A stretch of DNA of 63,751 bases, filler included, from Dimargaris cristalligena (lineage: Eukaryota): NCBI GenBank assembly GCA_003614675.1. It is 28 parts of 28 records of this genome, joined end to end, with 100 filler letters (N's around TTAATTAATTAA, not from the genome) between each part and the next. Parts side by side here need not be neighbours in the genome. Positions count along the whole stretch, not along the records: positions 22,847 to 25,039 come from ML004312.1; positions 25,140 to 27,331 come from ML004313.1; positions 27,432 to 29,623 come from ML004314.1; positions 29,724 to 31,915 come from ML004315.1; positions 32,016 to 34,206 come from ML004316.1; positions 34,307 to 36,496 come from ML004317.1; 22 more parts are not named here. The stretch is one strand, 5' to 3'. Positions 23,228 to 35,016 of this stretch are shown here, in pieces (the first letter of the stretch is position 1; every line of letters starts with the position of its first letter). Under the pieces are notes generated by a model. The model did no database searches. It saw only the letters and a program-made list of their open reading frames with translations, and was not told the DNA's origin. A program made the translations under genes and the position numbers.

Positions 23228-24886
23228 ATGTCCACGCCCAGCGATAATGAGGATAAGACTTCAGATACACCGCTGACCCTGCAGGAATTCCTTGTGGGTG
23301 GGTTGCGTGCTTGTATATTGTGTGCATGGCTCGTTGCTTATGTGCAGCATACTCGCTGATAGAGCTGGAACAGCGGGCGGCACTCACCGTCAACACATGC
23401 GATGCCTATGCGGCGGATAAAGCACGCTGCCGCACACTACTCGATGATCTACTCGACTTCGCCGAACAGTATGAAGGTGGCAGTGAGCATGCCGATGATG
23501 GTCGTTCTATTGCTTACTGATGTACATGTGCATGCTTACGTACGATGTAGATGAATGGTTCGACGATGAAGAGACACGCACCTATGTCGCCTATTTAATA
23601 CTGACATCCGGCGCGTTCCATGACAACACAATCCGAGCCAGTGCATGCCAGTTACTACGGGAAGCAGTCATACAGCTACATGGCATGACCACGGTTAGTA
23701 GCTATAGAAGCAAGGAGGAATGAGGCATGGCTAATCGTGCTGCGGGCAGGGACGACTGCCGGTGCGGCGCGTGTTGCTAGTGAGCGAGCTGTTGCTCGTC
23801 ATTGTTCGCTCGAAGCATGAAGTGCTTATGGTTGATCCATTGGCCGCGCCCGATTCACTAGACGCTGAATTGGGCAAGCATCGTACAGACATGATTGCTG
23901 CATGCTTGGCCCTACTCCAGTGTGGATGGCAAGGTAGCAATGGGCGAGAGGGGCAATGGGTCATATGACATGGCAGCCATCATCTAATACGTCTTTTCCT
24001 ATGGCTAGCCATACCACGGCTACTGTTAATGATCATGCACCTTCTCTACGAGTTGTGTCGATTAGATCTCATACATGAAGAGCAATTGGGTATGCAGATG
24101 GCTGCTTGTACGCGTATGATGGCGTGCTCTCATGTATGTATACATTCTATGATGATGCTAGATGGATCATTGATCAATGGCTTGCTCGATATTGTCGACT
24201 CCACCTGCTATGATCCAAATGATGAGATCACAAATGCAGCCATTCGCTTGCTGGTAAGTAGGCATTGCATATGCGTGCATGTATGTATGTAGATGCTTGA
24301 CATGGAATGTGGCAGGTTGCGCTGCACCACATGCTCATCCAGCATGATCGCACGCGTCTCGGTATCCTATCCGACAATCTGATTCTCGGCGAGTTGGCAC
24401 GTCGCCCCGAGTCGAGCCGTACATTCGGCGAGTGCTTTGTATTTCTACTGAATCGTGAAGGTGAGCCATATCCTGCCAATGTATGTAAGCATAGATTACT
24501 TATGCATCCTATTAGATAATATTGCCATCAAGTTCATGTGTGTTGAGCTGCTATGGAGCATTCTGCAATCGCCGCCGCTATCCAACTACTTTTACGACAA
24601 TGATCGCAATGTGCTCGTGGACATTCTACTGCAGAATATCGCCGATCTCGCCGATGACACGGATCAGGTGCGCGCACTATGCCTCAACACGCTGGGCGCC
24701 CTCATATGCTACACCGAGTATCGACAACGCCCGCACAAGCTGAGCCAGGTGCGTCGACTGCTGCGGGAGCTGCTCAACACGGGCAGGGTCAGTAGCGACT
24801 TTCATCTGCTTGCGCGGAAGGTGCTCGGCGATTGCACGGAAGCACTGGCCGAGGCGAGTCGGCATGATGCACCATCCCGTGCATAG
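23228..24886 (+). CDS. LDB17: Ldb17/SPIN90 (DUF2013) Arp2/3 activator; ~8 exons with short GT-AG introns
   Basis: Spliced reading includes LLYELCRL, TFGECFVFLLNRE and NYFYDNDRNVLVDILLQNIADL...RALCLNTLGALI...EYRQRPHKL. Confidence 0.78.
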
Positions 24887-26546
24887 CATCCATTGTCGTC
24901 GGCAACATAGGATGGACATCACAGCATAATAAGGCTTTATATCAATTAATGCATGCTAATTCTAGTATCGTCTATCAATGGGCACTTTAACATTACACAA
25001 CACACATACAGTAAACAGAATCATTACAGTCTTTCTAATNNNNNNNNNNNNNNNNNNNNNNNNNNNNNNNNNNNNNNNNNNNNTTAATTAATTAANNNNN
25101 NNNNNNNNNNNNNNNNNNNNNNNNNNNNNNNNNNNNNNNTTTTTTAAATAAATAAAAATTTTATAAGATATTAAATTATTTTATAAATATAAATATTATA
25201 TTATTAAATTAAAGTATTAATTTTTATAAATAATTAATTAAATAATAAATAATAATTAATATATATTTCCTATTTTTTAATTTTAAATTATAATTAAATT
25301 ATTTTTAAAGTTTTTAAAATATTAATAAAATAAATAATATAAATTATTTTTAAAAAGATTTATAAAACATTTAATAATTAATTATTATAATATAAATAAT
25401 ATAAATAATATTAATTTAATTTTAACTAAATAAATAATATTTTAAATAATTTATAATAATATTTTAAATAATTTTATTAAATATAATATAATTTTTTATA
25501 TCTTTCTATTTTAATTATTTTATATTAATATTATTAAGATAAAAAATATTATTATTTATAATATATATTATACTACTTAAAATGATTATAATATATAAAA
25601 ATATTTTAATAAATAGAACATAATTAAAAATAAAAGTTAAATATATTATATAAAGAAATTATAATAAACTATATAAATAAAATAAATAATTAATATATTT
25701 TTAATAATTTTAATGATAATATAAATAATTTAATAATATAAAAATATAATAAAATAAATAATAATTGTTTTATTTTTTTTATTAAAAATAATTATAAATC
25801 TGCTATGCAGATTCTTTTCAAATTTTTAATTTAAAATAAATAGAAAAATAATAATATAAAAATTATATAAAATATTTAATATCTTAAAAATAGTTAATAT
25901 TGATTTTAAATATACTATAATATTATTTAAAAATATAATAAAATTTAATAAATAATATAGATAAAAATAATACTTTAATTAAAAAATTATATATATTTTA
26001 AAATAGTTATTATAATTATAAAAATATAAAATAAAAAATATTATATAAATAATTTAAAAATATTTCTTATTATAAAAATTATTTATATTTTAAATTATAA
26101 TTTTACTTAAATTTAGTAAATATATATAATAGAAATAGTTATTAAAATTATTAAAATAATATAGAAATAATATAATAATTAATATAAAATATAATATTTA
26201 GAATTAATAATATTAATTAAAAAAATTATTTATCGGAAACTTCGAAGACATCGATGACTTAAATAAAAATTAGATAAAATATTAAATATTTTTTTTTTAA
26301 TTATAAAAATTTTTATAGAATTTATTAAATAGTCACCGATGTAATCGATTAATTTATAGTTTATATTATATTTTAAGGGGGGTATTAAGTATTAAAATAT
26401 AAATAAAATTTATTTGGGAAGGATATTAATTTATCCTATAATTTATGAACCGTAAACAGTATCTATAGGAAAAGTATAAATATTTACAATTAACAAGTGT
26501 TACACACTTATAAAAATAATAAAAAATATTTAAAACTTAAATAATA

Positions 26547-27329
26547 TTAATTATTTACTTTTGTTAATTTATTATTTTCAACATATGGAACTAAATTTAA
26601 AATATTTCTATTAATTGGAATTTCTCTAAAATTCAATTCATCCTTATATAATTTAATTAATAATTCATTAGTAACTTCCATACTATCATCAATATCAGCT
26701 AATTCGCCATTTAAATAATGTTGATAAAGTCCTAATAAACCTTTAAAAGATAAATTGTTATTAATATAATCAATACCCTCTACAAAACTATTTTAATCAG
26801 ATAAATCTAATTTATTTTCATTAGATTTATTATTAGAAATATTAGATAAATTATTAGAATTATTAATTAAAATATTAGTTAAAGTCATTTCTTGATGTAA
26901 TTCTTTTCTTCTTACATCTTTCCAACCTAAACTTTTAATACATTAATCCTGTAATGAATTACTAAACTTATTTAAAGAAGTTGGAGTATTACTTCTATTC
27001 AAACAATAATGAAAAAAATTAGAAAATAAGTGAGTTTCTTTAGGACTCTTCTTATTTCCTACATAAGAAAAAAAATCTTTAGAATAAATTAAATTATCAG
27101 AAGCCCAATTCAATAAAACATTTGTATGTTTAACCGTAGATGGTGATAATTATTCATTTAAACTATTAATATTTTCTCCAAATAATCTAAGATTTTCTAA
27201 AGGATTAGCTAATACCCAATTTATAAAACTTGATAATGAATAAGATAATTTACCTTTTGGTTTACCATCCATATCTAAATAAAAGAAATTAAGATCTCTT
27301 TCAGAAGGTATATTTTCAAATTTGAAATA
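26547..27329 (-). pseudogene. C-terminal part of a D5/P4-family primase-helicase-like protein with three in-frame TAA
   Basis: Manual translation: FKFENIPSERD...GKLSYSLSSFINWVLANP...NVLLNWASDNLIY...YVGNK...HLFSNFFHYC...PTSLNKFSNSLQD*CIKSLGWKDVRRK. Confidence 0.6.
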
Positions 27330-27844
27330 TTNNNNNNNNNNNNNNNNNNNNNNNNNNNNNNNNNNNNNNNNNNNNTTAATTAATTAANNNNNNNNNNNNN
27401 NNNNNNNNNNNNNNNNNNNNNNNNNNNNNNNATCTATCTTTTCAAATAAAGTTCAGTTTTCAAGGATTTGATTTCAGTTCTTTACAAAATGAAGTAAAAT
27501 AAAAAGAATAAAAGAATGTAAAATCAACTTCCAGTTGAAGTCTTCAGCTGATACTGAGTAAAAACACTGGGTGAAGTTAAGAATAGATATTTATTCTGAA
27601 AAATAAAACTTATCTCAAAAGTAACTTGCCATTTTAAGGGCTGACTGGGGTACTATATATAAAATCGGGTTATAGACTAAACTTATGTTATGACTCTCAG
27701 ATGTCATCCTTAGATGGATGGCCAACCATAAAACCACAAAGGGAAAAACTGGCTGGGTCTTCAAGTTTGAACTTTGTACCAAAATAGCTAAATAAAATGG
27801 AAAGTGGAAATACCTCAAATCCACTGAGGCATTTATGGTAACTG

Positions 27845-27891
27845 GATAAGGATAAGGATAAGGATAAAGATAAGGATAAAGATAAGGATAA
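27845..27891 (+). repeat. (GGATAA/AGATAA)n hexamer tandem repeat within a degenerate repeat region
   Basis: About 8 tandem units; the surrounding 27540-28170 resembles 62995-63620. Confidence 0.8.
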
Positions 27892-29723
27892 GCTTTAAAA
27901 CTAACCACTTTGTTCCAACATGAGAGGGTATTCCTTCCAACTCAGCTGGAATCATAAACACTAACAATGTGGAAGTAATCATTCAGTCAGCAGGACTGGA
28001 AATAGGCAGAGTTGAAAATAAGATCAACTAGATAAGTGGTTTCCAAATAAGTATTTGAAGAAGCTTCTGTTTGTTTGGTGTGTGTTGGTGTCATGTGGCA
28101 AGAGGAAATGGTTGGTTATTCCCATGGAAGGAGAAAACCGTACCTGCCCATGGCAGTACAGGTGACATCCCATATCAAGAAATTCTAATACATATTTCTG
28201 GGGATATCTGAAGCACCCCTTAATGGGAAATTTCAAACCCATGACTCCAAGAGACATTAAGTCCAGCAGATTCACCCTAGTATATCTCACCTGACTATAA
28301 AAGAAACACTATTTATACCTATTGCCATTTACAATAGATAGGCATTCAATTTCATCATGGTAAAAAGCTGTATTGGGAATTCCAATTTACTCCCAATCCC
28401 GGTAATGGTACTGAATCCTCCTAAAATGGGTTTTTTGTGAGACTCTACCCCATAGAAAAACCAGCATTGCTGTTGTATCTGGGCACTTGCTTGGAACAAA
28501 GGAGAAGGCCAAAAAAGGCAATGCAACAAGTGAGGGAACATGTGTATAGAAAAATAAAATAGTATGGAAAGGGGCATACAAGGTATTAGAAGGTCATATC
28601 AGGAATGCATGAAGTGGGATATTCTAATGTTAATTAGTGAATTTTCTTATGAGCGAACTATAACTATGGTGGGTTGAGTAATATAGATTTATTGTATGGA
28701 ATAAGGTGAATAAGTAATAATGAAGATACTGGCAATTGAGTGATTAATAAGTGAGTGGGGTTGATAGTCATCTAGGGAGCTCTGTCTTGGTGGGCTATTT
28801 CTTCCTTTTTATATTGGTGAAAATACATGGGCCAAGTAAGGATGTTGTGGCTGTAGTAATGTCAGGTTCTCCTCTAAGGGGAGTCATTCCCAGATGGATG
28901 GGGTTCCACCCTGACTATATGTGTGTCGCCTTGTTCTCCTTAGCCCATTGCTAGTGCCACAGTCAGTTTGGCATTAACACTAGCACTCTTTGTTTTTGAC
29001 TAGTTGGAGATATTGCGGGAATGGCTGTGTTATTCTTGACTGCTAATGGGGTGTGTCGCCCCTCCTAATCCAACCTAATCCATCTGCTAATGATTGCCAT
29101 CATAGCAGACCGTATAGTGCCATATTGTACCCCTGGTCCTAATGGGACCAGGCATCATATATATCCTCTCACTGGCTGGACCCCCCTGGAGTTCGCACTA
29201 CTCACTCCTAGGTGATCTTAGTATCTTCCAGTTCCCATGGAAGCCTCCGCTCGTACGAGGACCACCCAGCCCTCCCTATTGTTATCTTAGTTATGTAGTT
29301 TCCCCTTGGGACCTCCCTCGGAGTAGTCCCCCATATATATATAACCGGGCCCCCCATGGGGACCGGTGTGGCAAGGTGGAGTGTCCCCTTGATTGCCACA
29401 GCTACAAATTATTACTATTTGACTATTATACTTATATACAAGGTATGAAGCGGCTTTTTTGTCTGGTATACCCAGTTTTTTTCCCTTCCCTTTTAACCCA
29501 TTCTTTCCATACGATTTTTCCTTTAATTTTATTTATATTTCTATTGGTGGATGCATACTATCCCTATGATTGGATATGCATATTCATGCTTGATTACTAG
29601 TGGTTATTTGATTTTATTCTCTCNNNNNNNNNNNNNNNNNNNNNNNNNNNNNNNNNNNNNNNNNNNNTTAATTAATTAANNNNNNNNNNNNNNNNNNNNN
29701 NNNNNNNNNNNNNNNNNNNNNNN

Positions 29724-29950
29724 TTCTTTATACCTCTGAAGTTGTGGTTGCCAAGAAAATGGTCCTTTTGAGCTTCCAAACAGGTATTTCTATTACTTTG
29801 GTTTAAACTGGTTTTATTTTATTATAAAAAGTATTATATTTTTAAAGAATTTCATAGAGTGACTAACCAGTTCACCTGGAGAAGCCACCCTGCCCTTTTT
29901 GATATATTTTGTTGTTCATTTTAGTGGCTTGATACCACCACACTGTGACA
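29724..29950 (+). repeat. Repeat family E 3' terminus (...GTGACA); copies at ~52635-52854 and 59306-59359
   Basis: Shared GGAGAAGCCACCCTGCCC...TAGTGGC...CCACCACA...GTGACA end with differing flanks; LTR-like. Confidence 0.7.
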
Positions 29951-30404
29951 CCGGTCTGGTGATTTCCCCAGTTGTCCTGTAAGAATCCCCAACCTGCCGG
30001 TACCAAATGTTCCCATGACCTCCCCAGTAGCCAAGCCACTGAGTTTATTAGAACAAACTTGTTCAGAACTCAATCAAAACCAGCAACACCACCGACGTCC
30101 CCAATGTTCCCAGCCAACAACATCAAGTGACCCAGGACCACCAGTGGTTATTCCAACAATGGCATCAAGACCAGCTACTACTTTCCGTCACCCCCGAATA
30201 ACCTAGATGCTTGATTTATTTCCTGATATATAAATAAGGGGTAGTCACCCAACATTAATAAACCAGACTTTTGATGCCCTGTTTCTTGCCTTTAAGATAA
30301 CCGATTCTTTTGTCGATTTTTACCAGACGTTTATTACTGTTTAAACTTTTATTTCTACTATATTCCCACTGTTGCACAACAACAAGGTCACCGGGGGTCT
30401 CGCT

Positions 30405-31855
30405 CAGATGAAGTAGAGTTTTATTTAAAGTGAATCTCAGGCAGGCGACCTTTTGGTCATAATTACTATCCACAGGGAACATGATAATGGATAGGTAGCT
30501 CAAAAACCCTCAAAAGCTACAGATGTAGAGGGAAAAGACAGAAGGTAGAATAATGAATAGACCCTGGGAAGAAACCAGGTCCTTATGACAACCAACCCAC
30601 TTAGCTGGACAGGGGTTGTTATTTTTGTCAGTATGGAGGGGGGCCACAGGACAAGGTCACCACCAAGGCAGAAAAATAATAGCCATTAAACTAAGCAACT
30701 AGCCTAAATAGCAGGGGAGGGGGCAGGTAGCCTAGAGGCCAGGGAGGAGGTCCACATGGATCCAGAGTCTTCATCAGGGAAGTCCAAGTTAGGCCAGTAT
30801 AGCCTCTCAATAAGGAGTAGGATAGCCAGCATGGGTTGCCAATAGGCACAGGGATGCTTAGAGGACTTGGGCAAGGAGGAAAGGGCATGGTCTAGGGGGT
30901 TTACCCCCTCAGGATGGGGTGGCATGGATTGCCAGAGGGTCTGGGGAATTTCAGGGCAGAAGGGGAAGTGTCTCCTCTTGGTCTCATCAGTACCACAGGG
31001 GCAGGGGTGGGGAGTACCAGGTAGCCAGTTCAACCTCCACCTCAGTATTCTTCTCTTCTCTAATCTGGTAGAGGGAAGGTATAGTATGGGATCAACCCCC
31101 AGAGGGGGTCTGCAGGCCTTGAGGAGGACTTGTTTGGGGATCAATGAGGTATAGTGGGCTACCCTAGCAGTCTAGATAGCAGCCCTGACATCCTTAGCTA
31201 AAGGATCAGGAGGCAGAGAACAAAAAAGAGGAGATTTGGAAAGGTCACTAGTATATCTAGTAGTATGCAGGACAGAGACAAGAAGGTGTAAAAGGGAATT
31301 AGGTGGTAAGGTATTATATCTAAGGTAATACTTGGCAGTAAGGGTCTCTACCCTAATGGCTATGGGTGGAAGGTGTGAAATATGTCTAAGGACAGAGGTA
31401 GAACCAGACTTATAGGCCCCAACCAGTATTCTTAGGCAGGACCCTTGTATCCTTTCCAACTTTTTCAGTTGGCTATTATTCCAGGTAGAGATGGCTAGGC
31501 CATACTCCATAACTGGTCTGATAAGGGAAGCATAGAGCCTGGAACTAAGGTAGAGGTTAAAGCCAGATTTGTTAAGACTAATGTGGGAGAAAGCAGAGAG
31601 CCTCTTAATAACCTTAGGGGTAAGGTAATCTAGGGGAGTATTAGTAGAAAGGCCAGAGGTAAGGAAAGGAACTCCTAGGTAAAGGAATGAATCAACTGGG
31701 GGGAGAAGTTCACCATAGAGGGAGAAGGAGTAGTGGGAAGATGGGCAGAGTACAGCACATTTTGTAGGGCTCCACCGGTAGCCAGTGGCTAAGGAATGTT
31801 CCTCAGCCAACTTGAGCATCCTGGTAACAGCTGCCACTGAGCCATATAGGGCCAC
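30405..31855 (-). mobile_element. Non-LTR retrotransposon (LINE) copy 2, with one TAG at 31172-31174; cut at 31856 by family A
   Basis: GYRWSPTKCAVL, FLYLGVPF, IRPVMEYGL, RWRLNWLPG; 3' UTR matches copy 1. Confidence 0.9.
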
Positions 31856-31915
31856 TGTGGTGAACTTACCACATTTTTTACCTACTTTTATTTTTTATCT
31901 ATTTTTCGCACTTCT
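31856..31915 (+). repeat. Repeat family A terminus inserted in the LINE RT
   Basis: TGTGGTGAACTTACCACA... begins exactly where the LINE ORF breaks. Confidence 0.85.
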
Positions 31916-32078
31916 NNNNNNNNNNNNNNNNNNNNNNNNNNNNNNNNNNNNNNNNNNNNTTAATTAATTAANNNNNNNNNNNNNNNNNNNNNNNNNNNNN
32001 NNNNNNNNNNNNNNNTTCCTTAGAAACGTAATATATATTTATATATTTAGATAGGTGTATAAATAAGGAAGATACCAG

Positions 32079-32751
32079 TGTTACCCAGGTTAACCACTCT
32101 TTGTTTATCAAGAGTCCTAAGGATAGGCTTCTAACAGTAGGTGGGGCTTAGACTCAGCCAAGTGGGCTACTAGTATTAGGTATAGGTATGGTACTAACTA
32201 ATAAAGGCTAGGTGCAAGTGTAGGCAAGGGATATGTAGTGGGCATACTTACTAGTTAGTATGGGGGGAGTGAGGATATATAAAGTTTATTGGGGTAAACC
32301 AAGAGGTAAGAAAATAAGCTAAGGAATCTAACAGGTCCCAATGGAGCCCGGTTATATATATGTGAGGATAACCCCAGCAGGAGGTCCCAAGGTAAGGATA
32401 TTACTAAGACTATAGAATAGGTAGATAAGCCAGCCAGATGGCTGCTAATATCTGAAAGACTCTAATGATAACCAGAAGAGTCTTTGGATCAGCACTTGAG
32501 ACTAGTATAAGGAGGCAGAGTCCAGAAGGGGAAGGGTTATATAATATAGGGTGACTCCATAGTACCAGGGGTGGCCATGGGAAGGTTTAATATGGTGGTA
32601 TAAGGCCTAATAGGGATAGATACTAAGTCTTCTGGATTAAGGAGGATTAGATGGTCTGATATTAGAGATTGGTCAGAGTGGGCTACAACTTGCATGGCTA
32701 GGTATTTGGAATAATGGCTTGTCCTAATTATGTTTAATTCAATACCAGACA
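32079..32751 (-). repeat. LTR family B, near-complete diverged solo LTR (right boundary uncertain)
   Basis: Aligns by eye with 62296-62886 (reversed) and 54181-54652. Confidence 0.65.
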
Positions 32752-34065
32752 TCAATATTTTTATACAATCAGCTGTCCTAGACGCCCCTGACCCTTTGAA
32801 CAGGCGACTGATTTGTAAGGGCACAATGGTATGCACATATTTTTTACACTTCGTATATATTAATACGAAGTGTAGCACAACTAGTCGTCCATTGGGTGAC
32901 CACAGCGGCTCTTGAACTATCATCAAGAAGACTCACAATTCCAGTTTATAATCAATTTGGAAGGTAGTTCCATTTTTTCCTTACCTAGCATCAAACAGGT
33001 TATAATGAACTGGCTTTTGGGACTAATGCTTGTGTCATATTAGAATTGCATTCCAAATATCGTCCTTTTTAGGTGCCATGGACCGGTGTTGTGCTGCTCA
33101 TTTAAGAGTGGGCTCTTAAGACATCCGAATCATACAGGATGCTTCCAGGTCTGGTTGTATACAACGCCATCAACAAAATATATATATGATTGTTTCGGCC
33201 AACATGAAAGCGAGGCTAACTAAGAGGTGACCAACTGGTATTCCAAACAATCACATTTTCCAATTAACCGCAAGTCCTCTCTAAGACTGCGTAATTAGAG
33301 AGAAACATATATCACTGGTATAGATAAGAAATAGAAGAGGCCCGCTAGGGAGAGCGTAATCCCTACCAAGTGATATTTATGAGATGAAATACGACTAGTC
33401 TCTGGCAAATGGCTTCGATGTGGGCAACAGATGATCAGACACGCCTGTGATAATTTGCTCTCTAAGCAGGTAAGGTGGGGGGAGGTTTGGCAAGGCAGTT
33501 AGAAGCTATAGTCTTTCGATTATAAATTTATCCTGGTCATCCAAGCTACCCCTCCTCATTTAAGGGGACAATGCGAAGTTGGAATACTTTTCTACTAGCT
33601 TCCATGATTTAAACAATGGAAATCACTGTATTCTGGACAGAGTACATTTCTTTAACTGGTCGAACCTATAAGTGCTATAATGTAGAGACTGCCCTGAAGT
33701 TCTCTCCCTAAGTAGGATACACTTCAGATATAATATTCACTTGTGGACCGCTTTTAAGCTCTGGGATTTGTTTTATAGGATAGGATTGCTTGGCAATAAA
33801 AGATTGGTATAGCACGCCAACGACATAGGTCAAGGTCATAATCATTCATTAAAGCAACAAAATATGGATAGCTGGAGTCCACGGTCACTTAGTAAAGAAA
33901 GTGATGGTGTGGTTTAAACACTAGTTTAACAAAGCAGCACTGAAGACATAGGGAGGAGGTCCAAGCCAGTGGCAATGGATAAGGACACTACTTGTTTAGT
34001 GAATAAGAGTGCTGGTACAATATTTGTTGATATGGGAGTCCCAATTTAAAAAGCCAGAAGGAATA

Positions 34066-34206
34066 TGTCGCCCGAGTTAACCACTCTTAGTCCGTCAAGA
34101 GTCTCGGGGGTAGGCTTCTAACAGTAGGCAGGGCGTGGGACACGGCCAAGTGGGCTGCTAGTGTTAGGGATGGTGACAAGACTAACCGGATAAGGCAAGC
34201 GTAGGA
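34066..34206 (-). repeat. LTR family B terminus
   Basis: TGTCGCCCGAGTTAACCACTCTTAGTCCG... Confidence 0.8.
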
Positions 34207-34306
34207 NNNNNNNNNNNNNNNNNNNNNNNNNNNNNNNNNNNNNNNNNNNNTTAATTAATTAANNNNNNNNNNNNNNNNNNNNNNNNNNNNNNNNNNNNNN
34301 NNNNNN

Positions 34307-34689
34307 CCCTGTTTCATGTGGTAGAGTTGAGCATGTAGTTGGGTTACTTTGGTTGAGGTAGTTTTGGCATACTGGCTCTCCAAGAATATCCACATATCTG
34401 ATGCAGGACTTTCAGGATTGATGTTATTGTGGATTGACTCACAGGTTGCTTGTCTGATGAGGTAGGTGGCTCTGTAGTCAGCCAGTCTTTTCTTTTCATA
34501 GTTGAGGTCATCTGTTTGATCCTTGCCTAATTTTTCCAATTTGTTCTTGTCCTTGATGAAACCTGCTTTTATGATATACCACATGTTCTCCATGATGAGG
34601 AGGGAAACCATATCACCTACCCAGGTCTTGTAATTGGGATCATGGAGAATAGGGAGAGGGATAGTGGTATTTGAGCTAAAGCTTGCCAT
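34307..34689 (-). CDS. gag: Ty1/copia Gag N-terminus, partial
   Basis: PILHDPNYKTWVGDMVSLLIMENMWYII...ASDMWIFLESQY. Confidence 0.78.
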
Positions 34690-34792
34690 ATTGGGAGAGA
34701 TGGAAGGATGGATGGATTGACTTATCCTAGTTAAAAGAGAAAAAGAGTATAGTTAAGCTTAAATTTTAATAGAAAGTTTTTTGGATGGATAC

Positions 34793-35016
34793 AGGGCTCA
34801 TAACCTGTTGGAGATGTATTCTAGATAGAATTCGCAATCTAATAAAATATATCAAAATAATAATAAGAGAGAAAAGCCGCAAAGAGATTCAGGAGAACCT
34901 CTTCACTTGGTTTTATTGAGTAATGACTGAATAGTTGATAATAGAATGTAAATAAAGTCAGGTGAGTAAGATAATTATAAATGTGACCTCGGTTATGAGG
35001 TGTCCATTTTCTAACA
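34793..35016 (-). mobile_element. Copia 5' LTR (34806-35016) and PBS GGTTATGAGCCCT (34793-34805)
   Basis: TGTTRGA inverted termini; PBS directly abuts the LTR end, upstream of gag; related LTR-like sequence at 58042. Confidence 0.8.

Noticed and set aside
25140-27331. Mitochondrial DNA or a linear-plasmid DNA polymerase B
   Set aside because: Trp is always TGG, there are no mitochondrial genes or PolB motifs, and code 4 does not remove the TAA stops
33060-33180. Weak histone H4 C-terminus resemblance on the minus strand plus a TTAAGAG/CTCTTAA hairpin
   Set aside because: Needs a frameshift and identity is too low; no upstream H4 sequence
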